Assembly (NCBI RefSeq): GCF_006345805.1
Contig: NW_021835756.1
Location: 1-39,195 of the forward strand
DNA from: Octopus sinensis
Taxonomy: Eukaryota
DNA length: 39,195 nucleotides
Direction of reading: 5' to 3'
A program made the position numbers and the translations under genes. Positions 1 through 11,950 of this stretch are shown one piece after another (position 1 is the first letter of the stretch; each line of letters begins with the position of its first letter). The notes under the pieces were generated by a model. That model searched no databases. It was not told the origin of the DNA and worked only from the letters and a program-made list of their open reading frames with translations.

Positions 1-43
1 ATATAGAAAATATAAGATATAAGTCGATTTATGGAGATATTAA

Positions 44-60
44 AAATAATAATAATGATG

Positions 61-133
<73 letters not shown>
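44..133. repeat. (AAT)n microsatellite
   Basis: Near-perfect trinucleotide array read directly. Confidence 0.97.
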
Positions 134-135
<2 letters not shown>

Positions 136-377
136 TAAAAGATGGGCTACAGCAAATATTCTGCTCAATACCACAGATTTGCTTGTCAGTTGTTTGACCT
201 TAAACTGTTGATCATGTCCCTTAGTGACTGACGATATGTGCATCTCTTATCCTGCACAGAAGCATTGGGGGATTATCATAGCCGTGTGTTGCAAGGAATT
301 CTTAGAGGTTTGTATAATTCACCTTTGGAAACATGGGTTGTTCGTTTAACATCCTTAAAAATTCTTATTCAGGGACC
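134..377 (+). mobile_element. Partial inverted copy of the (TAA)n-associated interspersed repeat at 378-890
   Basis: TATAAAAGATGGGCTACAGCAAATATTCTGCTC...TTATTCAGGGACC is the diverged reverse complement of 561-806; a third fragment lies at 34392-34463. Confidence 0.85.
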
Positions 378-890
378 TAAAATATACGAAGCCCAATATA
401 CCCATCATGACTACCCGTCTGATAAGGGTACGCCTGGCACATGCATCACATCCATATGTGCGCTACTTGGTGATCTCATATCAAGATAAACAGCACATGA
501 CCTTGCAGGTGGGGCCCAGTTAGAATTTTCTTCAGGTTGAGTAGCCCATCCCGCACAAACGGTCCCTGAATAAGGGTTGTTTAAGGATTTGAAAAAAAAC
601 CCACCCATGTTTCCAGAGGTGAATTATTCAACCCAAAGAATCCCTCTCAACACAGGCTATGATGCTCCCCCACTACTTCTGTCTGCTCATAATCAGAGAT
701 GCAATATCGTCACCACTAAGGGACATGCTTCAACTAGTTACGGTCAAACAACTGACAAGCAAATCTGTGGTATTGAGCAGATATTTGCTGTAGCCCATCT
801 TTTATACCAACACAACAACGTACATGATAACACTTTCAATCAGTTAAGATCAGAAGCCATGAGAGCCATTGCCTGGTACTGCATCAGGGC
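378..890 (-). mobile_element. Unclassified interspersed repeat abutting a (TAA)n array (probable non-autonomous retroelement)
   Basis: Three related pieces in this window (134-377, 561-806, 34392-34463), each next to TAA/TTA arrays; no credible ORF. Orientation and class are inferred. Confidence 0.6.
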
Positions 891-923
891 TTTTATTATT
901 GTTATTATTATTATTATTATTAT

Positions 924-1040
924 TTTATGTTTGACTTTTGCTTTGCATTTACACAAGTTGGCTCCAAGTCTCACCCAGAGACCTCAAGAGACAACAAGTT
1001 GTGAGTTCATGTTGGTGTTACGGCTAGAGTGCCATATATT
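924..1040 (-). mobile_element. Probable 3' UTR of an R4/Dong-like (TAA-targeting) non-LTR retrotransposon
   Basis: Minus strand ends ...TGAGGTCTCTGGGTGAGACTTGGAGCC...AAGTCAAACATAAAA followed by (TAA)n, resembling R4-clade 3' ends as I recall them; no ORF remnant confirmed. Confidence 0.4.
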
Positions 1041-1373
1041 TGGTTTTGAACCTAGTGCTGTTCAAGGGACATAATAGCTGACCTTTTTAGAGTGCTGAGA
1101 TCTGATTTGAAATAGAGCCGAGTTCGGCTTCGTATTTTATATTTAAGTGATGAATTTATAGAATGTATTGGCTTGCGCTGATATAGGCCTTTTTCGCTAC
1201 AGCTGACAGTTCATCAAATATTGGTTTGGTTGAATTAGATTGTTGTTCGAATCAGCATGGAGTTTATACTAGGTTGTGACAATTATTTTAACAATAACTT
1301 TTTCGACATAATGTAACGCAATGAAACAAAATATGACGTCGGTTTTTTAAATTTTTTGTCATCGTTTTGTTAA

Positions 1374-1750
1374 TTACCTCCACCTTGGCGAAAGCGGAAG
1401 TGCTGTTTTCAGTAGCGTTTGTTAGTTTGCTTGACTATGGACAATATATCTCTAGAACTGCTGGATGAATTTGGATGAAACTTTCAGAGATGTTTGTCCT
1501 TGTGACTGTCCAGAAATGCCTAGATTTTGGGATTGATCTGCTACAGGACAAGGATTCTGGGTTATTTTTTCAATTTTTCTCTTTTTACTTAATTTTTGAG
1601 AGTGATCAGGTTCATTTTTAATATCCTCGTTTGTGAGTGCAATCAAGTTTATTTAAGATATTCTCATTTTGAAAATCGTCTTTGGTCAATCGTTGAGTAG
1701 ACGTTGGTTTTGTCTTGGCAGAGGTTCGCGATCTCTGGGTGCTCTCGTTT
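1374..1750 (+). mobile_element. Helentron-type non-autonomous element (HINE/DINE-like)
   Basis: 5' TTACCTCCACCTTGGCGAAAGCGGAAGT hairpin; 3' TTGGCAGAGGT partly complementary to it, then a degenerate short stem-loop (GCGATCTCTGGGTGC) and TT; internal GGATGAATTTGGATGAAACTTTCAG motif; second copy at 38876-39045 in the opposite orientation. Confidence 0.6.
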
Positions 1751-1803
1751 GATATAGATTGTGTTTTCACATTTACATTCAGTAACAGCAGCAGCTGAGG
1801 GAG

Positions 1804-1804
1804 C

Positions 1805-1851
<47 letters not shown>

Positions 1852-1903
1852 TAGTAGTAGTGGTGGTGTTGGTGTTGGAGGTAGCAGCAGGACGAGCTGC
1901 CAC

Positions 1904-1938
<35 letters not shown>

Positions 1939-1951
1939 CAATAGTAGTAGT
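1804..1951. repeat. (TAG)n/(TGG)n compound microsatellite
   Basis: Direct reading; source of the poly-T/V/L/Y ORFs. Confidence 0.95.
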
Positions 1952-2189
1952 AAAAATTGGAGTGGAGAAAGGCAGTGGGATGGGAAGTGGGTGCGCAGCC
2001 AAGACAAGAAAAAAATAAAGAAGGAAACAAAAGTACGAATATTGATGGAGACAAACTTGTCACGAACGAATAAGAGTCGAAGAGCAAATAAAAAAACCAA
2101 ACAAAAATCTTTTGAAGAACGATAAAAAACAAAAGGAAAAAAAGAAGACTAATGAGAAAAAACATTAGACACTTTTAAACAAAATGGCG

Positions 2190-2238
2190 TGTGTAATATA
2201 TATATATGTATGTGTGTGTATATGTATAAATATATGTG

Positions 2239-2277
<39 letters not shown>

Positions 2278-2372
2278 TCGTATAGATATATATTTACATA
2301 TACCTGTGTATCTATATACTTACAGAGATCTATGTACATATGTAGATACATATATAAATGTGTGTGTATACA

Positions 2373-2408
<36 letters not shown>

Positions 2409-2614
2409 CTTGTATGGATACATGAGTGTTATCTTCGTATTTGGGTGGAGTGTATTTACAGCTACAAAATTATGAGTGGTACTGAAAAATTTATAGAATT
2501 TCAAATATAGTTACTAGTCGAGTTTCAAAAAATATGTGCTTGGTATAGTTGCCAAAATAATTTGCGTCCTAAGAATAAACTAGGCCGATATATACGTACA
2601 TACATACAAATATA

Positions 2615-2656
<42 letters not shown>

Positions 2657-2673
2657 TTATATATATATATATA
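2190..2673. repeat. Interrupted (TA)n/(TG)n arrays
   Basis: Direct reading; two arrays with a unique spacer. Confidence 0.85.
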
Positions 2674-3127
2674 CTGCAACAATGGTGTTTGCTGGTAAAT
2701 TGGCATCTTGCAAAGTTCATAATGCAAATGAGTGTATGGAGAAAACTCGAAGCTAAATTTCGATATCACGAGATGTAAAGAAGACGATCAATGTTAAGTG
2801 AAAGTAAGTACAAAAATAAGAATAAATTTCTTGTGGTCATCACGATGCTCGTAATCTTCGGTTTTGGTATTCTAAGATATTTGAAAATATACCTTTTAAA
2901 ATAGAGTTACTTTTACGTTTACATTCATATAAATTGAGATAGGGACGAGTGACAACGAAGGTTACTTCAGTGACCAGAATCAACACTGCATTAAATGAAG
3001 CCATGGCCTAAATGAGTAGTAAAAGATCTAAGAATAATTTGTTTAGGTTTCAATCGAACGGTCAAAATGTATGTATTTGTAAACAGAGAGCCGCAGATTA
3101 TCACACAAGAAAGCATTTGTTTTTATG

Positions 3128-3356
3128 ATATATAGATATATACGTATGTATGTATGTATGTATGTATGTATGTATGTATGTATGTATGTATGTAGGCATT
3201 ATGTATGTATGTTTGTACGTATGTATGTATATATGTATGTATGAAAATATTCGAAGGTAAGGTTATATATAAGCATGCGTGCATATATACATATATATAA
3301 ATGCTTATACATAATATAGATCTGTATGTATGCATATATATATCTATCTATATGTG

Positions 3357-3449
<93 letters not shown>

Positions 3450-3480
3450 CATGTGTATACATTATTGCATATATATATGT
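3128..3480. repeat. (TATG)n, (TA)n and (TG)n compound microsatellite
   Basis: Direct reading. Confidence 0.92.
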
Positions 3481-3798
3481 TCCCGTTTTGTGCATGCGCG
3501 CCCTCGTATATGTGTGTGAAAGGATATATTCTGGTACAATGTAAGGACTTGTTACTGCTGTACATCTATCATTCGATATTTTCGGTGTAAGCCTATTAAA
3601 TACATCTTAGAACAATCTTAAACGCGATAATGCATTGATAAATTATGTCATGTTTCCTTGATGGGTCCCAAGGCAACAATAAAATATTTCTATATACGTG
3701 GCAGCCATGTTTATTATGACGGTGATTAAAGCGAGTTTTATGGACGGCGTCATTAAACAGATGCTCAATATGCGTAATTATAATTAGTATTAAGTTTT

Positions 3799-4093
3799 CT
3801 ACTACTACGACTACGACTACTACCGGTAATACTACTGCTGCTGCTTCTGCTTCTTCAACTACTACTACTACTACTACTACTACTACCACGACCACCATGG
3901 CCTTAACCACCACCACTGCTACTACTAATACTACTACTACTACTGCACCTGCTGCCACTACTTCTACCACCACCACCACCACCACCATCACCACAACTAC
4001 TACTACTACTACTCCCAGTAAAATTACTAGCACCACCATCACCACTACTACTACCACAACTACTGCTGCTGCTGCCACTACTACTACTACTAC

Positions 4094-4136
<43 letters not shown>
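3799..4136. repeat. (CTA)n/(CCA)n array switching to (TAG)n
   Basis: Direct reading; strand switch at ACTAGT 4092-4097. Confidence 0.95.
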
Positions 4137-4137
<1 letters not shown>

Positions 4138-4200
4138 AGGTGAGGAGCTTGCCGAATCCTTAGCAGTTTGGTCAAAATACTTAGTTCTATTTCTTCCGTG
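4137..4200 (+). mobile_element. Degenerate 5' head of SINE family A
   Basis: AAGGTGAGGAGCTTGCCGAATCCTTAGCAG...AAATACTTAGTTCTATTTC aligns by eye to the head of 25373-25602. Confidence 0.5.
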
Positions 4201-4466
4201 TTTTTCATATGTGAATTGAAGTACTGCGGTAGATGTAATGGATGTCCACCCGCTTCCCACGAAATTTCCGGTACGGTGCCTCGTGTAGAATAATTATGCA
4301 TACTAGTACGAGGAGCCGAGTTGGCAAAGAATTACGGTAACACGCATCTAGAGATGATGATAAGAAAGTTAGTCTAACACACACGAAGAGGTTCTTTTGT
4401 ACATTCATATAAATAGACAAAGAGCTAGGAGAATAAAAACTACTAATCAGCAGGTAGGTCTTACAT

Positions 4467-4853
4467 GTGGAAGCACTCCGTCGGTTACGACGATGAGGGT
4501 TCCGGTTGATCCGAATTAACGGAACAGCCTGCTCGTGAAATTAACGTGTAAGTGGCTGAGCACTCCACAGGCACGTGTACCCTTAACGTATTTCTCGGGG
4601 ATATTCAGCGTGACACAGAGAGTGACAAGGCTGGCCCTTTGAAATACAGGTACAACAGAAACAGGAAGTAAGAGTGAGAGAAAGTTGTGGTGAAAGAGTA
4701 CAGCAGGGATCACCACCATCCCCTGCCGGAGCCTCGTGGAGCTTTTAGGTGTTTTCGCTCAATAAACACTCACAACGCCCGGTCTGGGAATCGAAACCGC
4801 GATCCTATCATCGCGAGTCCGCTGCCCTAAACACTGGGCCATTGCGCCTCCAC
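4467..4853 (-). mobile_element. Full-length tRNA-derived SINE (family C) with target-site duplication
   Basis: Minus strand GGAGGCGCAATGGCCCAGTG (A box)...GGTTTCGATTCCC (B box); flanking 12-bp direct repeat TAGGTCTTACAT (4455-4466) / TATGTCTTACAT (4854-4865); head shared with 36397-36690. Confidence 0.9.
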
Positions 4854-5564
4854 TATGTCTTACATAATCGTCGTAGGAAATGACACCAACGCATCAGAGG
4901 TGGGAATTTACCATTTCTGAAGAGGAATCATAGTTATTGGTTTTTAATCTTGTTTATGAATTTTATTTCATTTGTTTATTTATTCTCATTGTTGGAACAC
5001 TAATTATTTTTCCTTAATATGTTTAGTTCCCTATATCAAACAAAGTCCCTTGATCTAAGAAAACTTTTTCAGTATATGTTTAAATCGAAAATAGAATTCT
5101 GATTCTCCCAAAAGATTCCCACGTTTGGTATAACTTAGTCACAAGAAAACCATACGGAAGCATAATATTTCTCCTTCTGTATTATGACAAGGAAACTACC
5201 ATTACAACGATCTTCTAAATGAATTATCGTTAAAATGACTGATAGTCTCCCTTGAGTATTCTGTTCTGAAGTGAACAAAAACGTATCTATATTTGTAGAC
5301 AAATATTTTCAATATACCCGTGTGAATATCGACATATATTATAGGGAATATAATTTATCACAAAATGAATTCTAAACAATAGCGTTTTAAATCTCAAGAC
5401 ATCATGATCAAATATTGCTACGTGTTTATGTTATGTAACACTGGCCAAGGGCAGGAGGTCAATGCAAAGGAATGCAGGAAAAGAAAGGTAAACATTTTGT
5501 ACATAGAGTGACGGGTGTACATGTAGTCGCAATTGAATATAACACAAAAAAACATGCAGACAAA

Positions 5565-5646
5565 TGTATGCGTGTGTGTATGTGTGTTTGTGTGGGTGGA
5601 AGGTATGTATGTGCTTTCGTACGTGTATATGTATATATATGTATAT

Positions 5647-5704
<58 letters not shown>

Positions 5705-5784
5705 CATGTATAAAGTAACTCATGAACAGACAATTTTGTGCATAACGTCTAGGAAGCGTATGTATATATTTATATATATATATA

Positions 5785-5827
<43 letters not shown>

Positions 5828-5891
5828 ACCCCCATAGACAAACACATACGGACACACACACCCACACACACACACTCACATACACCCGCAA
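5565..5891. repeat. (TG)n/(CA)n/(TA)n compound microsatellites
   Basis: Direct reading. Confidence 0.9.
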
Positions 5892-7114
5892 ACACATACA
5901 CGCTCGTATATAATTCATAGAGAGACATACAGACAGAATAACACACAGAAAGAACAACAGAAGCGCGATTTACATTTTGAAATCTTATTGGTAGTCATGT
6001 ATCCACATCGTTGATAGAGAAGTATATTTTAACACATCATCCAATCATCTCAAAAAATATACACTTGCTGCTGATGACTAAGTCAGCCCATTGATAAGTG
6101 GCTCACACCAACACAATAACTCCCTCTGCCATCGCCTCCTTAAAAATAGTAACTCACTATCCAGACACACTTGGAAACCAATGGATGGATGAATCAAGTA
6201 TCACGTAAGTAAACAGAGGCACCAGAACAGAGAAGAAAAAGCTAATGCTTTGTATCATCTGCTCTCTTTGAAGGAAAATACATCACTCCTGAACTCGTCT
6301 CTAGGTTTCGATCTTAAAACTAAAATCGCAACTCACATCAATTGCCAGAATCTTCAAAGCAGTTTTTACAACGCTTTAGAGACGTGAACAAAAGCCGCCA
6401 TCGATATCACAACCATTCATTGTACCACACATTTGTTCTATCATGCCCTGTAGCCAGACATGTGATTAATCCTAAAACAGAGCGACATGCTTGACTAAAG
6501 TGCATTGCATCGTTTTGAACCTTATTAGTCACCTGAGTGACACGGAAGGAGTACGGTGTACGGAGATCTGTCCAAAAGGCAGAACACCAACGAGATGATA
6601 AATCGATTGCAGTGTGGAATAAGCAGGTTCGCCATTCAGAAACACATAAAACCGTTAACTTCACTAAGCATTTATTTGTATTATGATTCCAGCACTTCTG
6701 TTGCTTGAAACTGCGATTTTAGTTTTAAGATCGAAACCTAGAGACGAGTTCAGGAGTGATGTATTTTCCTTCAAAGAGAGCAGATGACACAAAACTTTAG
6801 CTTTGCTTCTCTGTTCTGTTTGCCTATGTGATACTTGATTCATCCATCCATTGGTTTCTAAGTGTGTCTGGATAGTGAGTTACTATTTTTAAGGTGGCGA
6901 TGGAAGAGGGAGTTATTGTGTTGGTGTGAGCTACTTTTCAATGTATATTTTTTGAGATGATAGGATGATGTGTTCAAATATACTTCTCTATCAACGATGT
7001 GGATACATGAATACCAATAAGATTTTAAAGGTGTAAATCGCGCTTCTGTTGTTCTTTCTGTGTGTTATTCTGTCTGTATGTCTCTCTATGAATTATATAT
7101 GAGTGTGTATGTGT
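5892..7114. repeat. Large inverted duplication: arms 5892-6330 and 6712-7114 with a ~380 bp spacer
   Basis: Arms are reverse complements with scattered substitutions and two indels, e.g. CTCGTCTCTAGGTTTCGATCTTAAAACTAAAATCGCA vs TGCGATTTTAGTTTTAAGATCGAAACCTAGAGACGAG. Confidence 0.95.
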
Positions 7115-8332
7115 CTGGATAGTGAGTTACTATTTTCCTTCAAAGAGAGCAGATGACAAAACCACACTGAGATGAGTGACACTCAAATGTGTCTTCGAAA
7201 AGCTGTAGCAATATAGACGCAACGTACAATATAACAAGAGAAAAGCTACATGTCGACATTGATCAATATGAAAGACAAATGACAACCACATCAGTAAAAG
7301 GAGTATTATAATATATTTCTGTATCAACGGTGTCGATACAGAAATACTTCTTATGCTTCTTAAAGCAAACACGGCCCAACCACGGTACCAACGTAAAGAG
7401 ATACATCATCCAACATAATAAAGCATTCATTACATTTGAGAATTTCCTGGATATTACTACTTTATAAAGAGGAACTTTAGAGTGGTTTGAGACCACATAC
7501 GTTAAATTTAGAAGTGTTCTTTTCCAATAATTGATTTGATCTGGGACTGTTTTGTTAAACTAAAGCAATTACATCGTGAAAGATACATTACCTATTCAAA
7601 AATGCATAAAAATTTGTTCTTCACTTAATCATTTAGTATTTTCTATCCGAAGTTTCATTTCACTCTCTGTGACCTGGTCGATGACAGATTTCCGCGTAGC
7701 ATGTCTAAGACAAGGGTAGTTGGACATCATATATAGGTTTCAGGATTATAAATATATTTTTTCCGCATCGATATAGCGCCACCATTTTGGATACCATGAA
7801 TTGGTACTCAGTGTGGGACCGTTCAAATATACAAATTAAAACGTGGCTACTGAAATAAAAACACAATTTTAAAAATCTAAGTCAAAATTTGACTGGTACG
7901 AACAGATAAACTCGAGATTGGTGGGGAACTACATGAATGGCATAAGTATGTAAGAAACAATACAAATGCAGCATATATTCAATCCAATTCTTCATGAAAT
8001 GGAAAAGTTTCAGAGAAGGAAGACTCAAGCTTTTATATCTCGGTTAGATCCAAAGCCTGAATTTTTTAGATGCCGCACAAAAAAAAATTAAACACAAGTC
8101 AATGAAAGAAAAAATTATTATCTTTATAGAAGGAAGACCATTGGCGGCGGCGGCAGCGGCTGGAAGTATGCTTTTGTAGCCGCACTTAGAACTGCTGGGC
8201 TTGAAACATTGGATATCAATTTAGAAACACAACTATTCCGTATCAACTATGAAATATGAAAAATATAAAAGAAAGATAAAATTTTAACGTGGTCGTGTAT
8301 ATAATGCAACGCATATGCGTATGTATATGATT

Positions 8333-8355
8333 CTGTCTATCTATCCTTCTATCTG

Positions 8356-8396
<41 letters not shown>

Positions 8397-8417
8397 AAAA
8401 ATGTATATATATATATA
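8333..8417. repeat. (TCTA)n and (TA)n microsatellite
   Basis: Direct reading. Confidence 0.9.
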
Positions 8418-8582
8418 TTCTTTTATTGGTTTCAGTCATTTGACTGTGGGCATGCTGAAGCACAGCTACTAGTCGAGAAAATCGACCCCAGGACTTATTC
8501 TTTGTGAGTTTAGTACTCATTCTATCGGTGCCTTTTTTTTTGCCGAAACGCTAATTTACGTGGTTGTAAACACACCAACATT
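8418..8582 (-). mobile_element. 3' fragment of SINE family B
   Basis: TTTCAGTCATTTGACTGTGGGCATGCTGAAGCAC...ATCGACCCCAGGACTTATTC...GTAAACACACCA matches the tails at 16733-16880 and 28231-28270. Confidence 0.8.
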
Positions 8583-9159
8583 CTTAATAAATTTCATCAT
8601 CACCACCAGCAGCAGCATAACCAGAAATTTCTTTCGCAATTATAGTACCGCTGCAGTACCAAAGCATCCAGCGTAGTCACCACTATTATTATTACGATTA
8701 TCATGAACGCAAAAAAGAAAATGTGAGCACATCTACATACCATGTCTACTAAAATGACCTTGATCACCATCACCATTATCATCACTACAACCTCACACGA
8801 AAGAGTTAATAATTGGTCGATCGACCTATAAATAAAGGCGACCATATTTCCCTCCAACCATAACCCTACTGTGTCAGAAAGAATGTATTGGATAACGTAG
8901 TCTGTGGAAAACAGTCAGGTTGAGCTTGTCTGGAATTTTTTTTTTTTCTGATTAAAGGCTTTTCTGGTTAAAGTATGACCTAGAACTCAGCAATAACCAC
9001 AGCCGCATTGATATTATCATAAATAATATTAATTTTCGCTCGTCCATCATATCCACCAAGTAACACCATCGAGATAAATTCCTTTTGAATCGGCATCATC
9101 AAAAGCAACTAAAGAGCTTATATTAATACCACACCAGCCAGCATCTCCATTATTACCAC

Positions 9160-9538
9160 CACCATCACCACTACTACCACCATCCTGCTGTCTCCCTCCT
9201 ACAACTCCTCCTTCTCCTCCTCATCATCGTCAGCATCATCATCGTCATCATCAACGTGTATTCATAATTCTCGTAAAGAATGTGACTATGAAGAGAGCTT
9301 TCACATCTACAACAACCAGCAACAATAAAAAAAAAATAGGCAACTAAAAGCACAAAAAAATATGTATAATCCGTCTCAACATCATCATCATCATCATCAC
9401 CATCATCATCATCATCTTCATCTTCATCTTCATCATCATCATCTTCATCATCATCTTCATCTTCATCATCATCATCATCATCATCCATCATCATCATCAT
9501 CATCATCTCATCATCATCATCTTCATCATCTCTTCATC

Positions 9539-9573
<35 letters not shown>

Positions 9574-9602
9574 ATCATTCTCATCTTCATCATCATCTCA
9601 TC

Positions 9603-9647
<45 letters not shown>

Positions 9648-9678
9648 TTCATCATCATCATCATCATCTTCATCATCA
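9160..9678. repeat. (CAT)n array with CTT variant units
   Basis: Direct reading; main block 9380-9678 has frame-breaking interruptions. Confidence 0.95.
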
Positions 9679-10019
9679 TGAGAATTAACAATCGTCAGCA
9701 TCATAAAAATTATTGGGATACAAACGACTATAGAACTAAAGAACAGCTCATCCTTCCACCTAGCACCAACAGAATTAACCGTACCATCAGCCCCTACACA
9801 CACGCACGCACACACACGTACAAACACACACGCACACACACATACACACACAGGCTTCACACACAAGAAACTACTTCATAAACAAAAAGAAACCACCTAA
9901 GAACACATTCCTGCCACCACTAACCGCCATCACATTTCTTTCCTGATTTATTTTTGTCTGAAAGTCTGCTGCCGGCTATTTTCTTGTCAGACCTGACATC
10001 ACACGGAATATATGTACGG

Positions 10020-10076
10020 ATATATCTGTACGCATGGTCTGATATATATGTATATGTATATATATATGTATATATA

Positions 10077-10108
<32 letters not shown>

Positions 10109-10184
10109 ATACACATACATATATGCACATATATATATGTATGTATACATGTATCTATGTGTATATATATATATTATATATATA

Positions 10185-10215
<31 letters not shown>

Positions 10216-10570
10216 AGTGTGTATATATATATATATAATATATATATTAACATATATATATATGAGTATGTGTATATAAATATATATATGTATATAGATA
10301 TACACATATACTTACACAAGTACATACACAAGCACATACACATATATATATATATATATATATGGATGTATATGTATCAACATAAATGTCTCTGTGTGTG
10401 AGGATGTCTATTCATGTGCCAATATATATATCTGTATCTATATCTATATCTACACACACAAACATACACACACGCACTCACACACACACACATACACACA
10501 CACACTCACACACACATATATATATATACATAGATATATATATGCATGTATAGTTCTCTACATATATGTA
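10020..10570. repeat. Degenerate (TA)n/(TG)n/(CA)n tract
   Basis: Direct reading. Confidence 0.9.
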
Positions 10571-11134
10571 GGTTTGGATGAATGGATGTATACCGTATGT
10601 TGGAACGTATATGTGTATGTGTTTGTATACATCACTTTCTGTAAGCATCCGTCTATGAAGCCGAGTGCTATTGTTAATATCATTGTTGTTCTCTGTGTGT
10701 AGTCTTACATACCTGAGTATATGGCGCTTCTGTCATTATACGATTGTCTACCTAATACGTATCAGTCAGTAATCACATGTTTGTAAATGTCGTAGTAAAG
10801 TTTTCACGTGTGTGGCGTGTATAGAGTAAAATAAAATGAACGTATGTTTCATGTCTTAATCCTAACAGCTAAAATCTCCCCTCTCACCTTACATATATAT
10901 ATATATATATATATAAGGGGGAGATATGAGAGCGAGCGAAAGAGAAAGAATTGAAAGTAAGACAGAAGAGGCAGAAATGTTGGTTTCCTAGGTCAAACAT
11001 GAATGCTTTTTTTCGGACGTATTGAAATGTGGTCAACTAAAACGCATCCATATGATTGTTTTCGGATACTCATATATCCTTTAACGTTTATCCATTTACA
11101 AACATATGCAAACATTATGTTTTGGGAAAACAGC

Positions 11135-11137
<3 letters not shown>

Positions 11138-11190
<53 letters not shown>

Positions 11191-11245
11191 ATATATATAT
11201 GCTGTGTATGTGTCTGTTTTTGGGTGTGTATATATATATGAATGT

Positions 11246-11291
<46 letters not shown>

Positions 11292-11308
11292 ATATATATA
11301 CATATACA
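11138..11308. repeat. (TA)n arrays
   Basis: Direct reading. Confidence 0.9.
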
Positions 11309-11773
11309 TGTCCAACCTCTGGAGAGATTCTTTAGACCCATGTTATATCTGGAAACAACTCCTCTCTCAGTCTGTCATACCGATTTTCATGCAGGGAAAG
11401 AGATCCCTCGCAGTCAACCATGTTCCAAACATTCATATTGCTGCCACAAACGGCGCTCTCTACCACCAAAATATTACCCATAGTTATGAATACTAATTGA
11501 CCTAATTTTCTCAAGTATATTTCTTTCCTCTCCAGGAGCCGAAATTTCGAATAGATATCGTACTCTTAGAAATACTATCTTTCATTCTTTAACGGAAAGA
11601 AACAAGCCTCACTTACAATCCAATGAAAACCAACATTATTTAGAAAAGACGTATTCGTCGGAGTAACTTAAAAATTATAGAAAGGAAAAGCTACATTTAA
11701 GTTGTATTAACGTTTTTTTTTTGCATAAATAACATACTGAGTGGGTTTATAACCATTTGCCTCTATACTAATA

Positions 11774-11774
<1 letters not shown>

Positions 11775-11818
<44 letters not shown>

Positions 11819-11847
11819 TATTATTATTATTATTATGATTATTATTA

Positions 11848-11891
<44 letters not shown>

Positions 11892-11909
11892 GTAGTAGTA
11901 GTAGTAGTA

Positions 11910-11950
<41 letters not shown>
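11775..11950. repeat. (TTA)n followed by (TAG)n
   Basis: Direct reading. Confidence 0.95.

Noticed and set aside
1452-1800. Protein-like ORFs (IKNEPDHSQKLSKKRKIEK; IKREHPEI) with an apparent NLS
   Set aside because: They lie inside the non-autonomous repeat 1374-1750, which has a second copy at 38876-39045.
4917-4930. CTGAAGAGG (also CTGANGA at about 228, 15038, 33611, 34681 and on the minus strand near 21563)
   Set aside because: No matching GAAA/NUH architecture at any of these.
6064-6100. CTGATGA hammerhead-like core in the left-arm insertion
   Set aside because: No stem II-GAAA-stem III downstream.
6407-6664. 85-aa ORF in the spacer of the inverted duplication as a transposase remnant
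   Set aside because: No recognisable motif, and a non-ATG start.
8790-9000. Possible very old SINE remnant (similar hints at 15400-15545, 29040-29110, 29900-30090)
   Set aside because: Similarity by eye is too weak to define boundaries or family without alignment.
9174-9866. Asp/Glu-rich (minus) or His-rich (plus) ORFs suggesting an acidic or metal-binding protein
   Set aside because: The (CAT)n array has frame-breaking interruptions and no supporting splice sites or flanking coding sequence.
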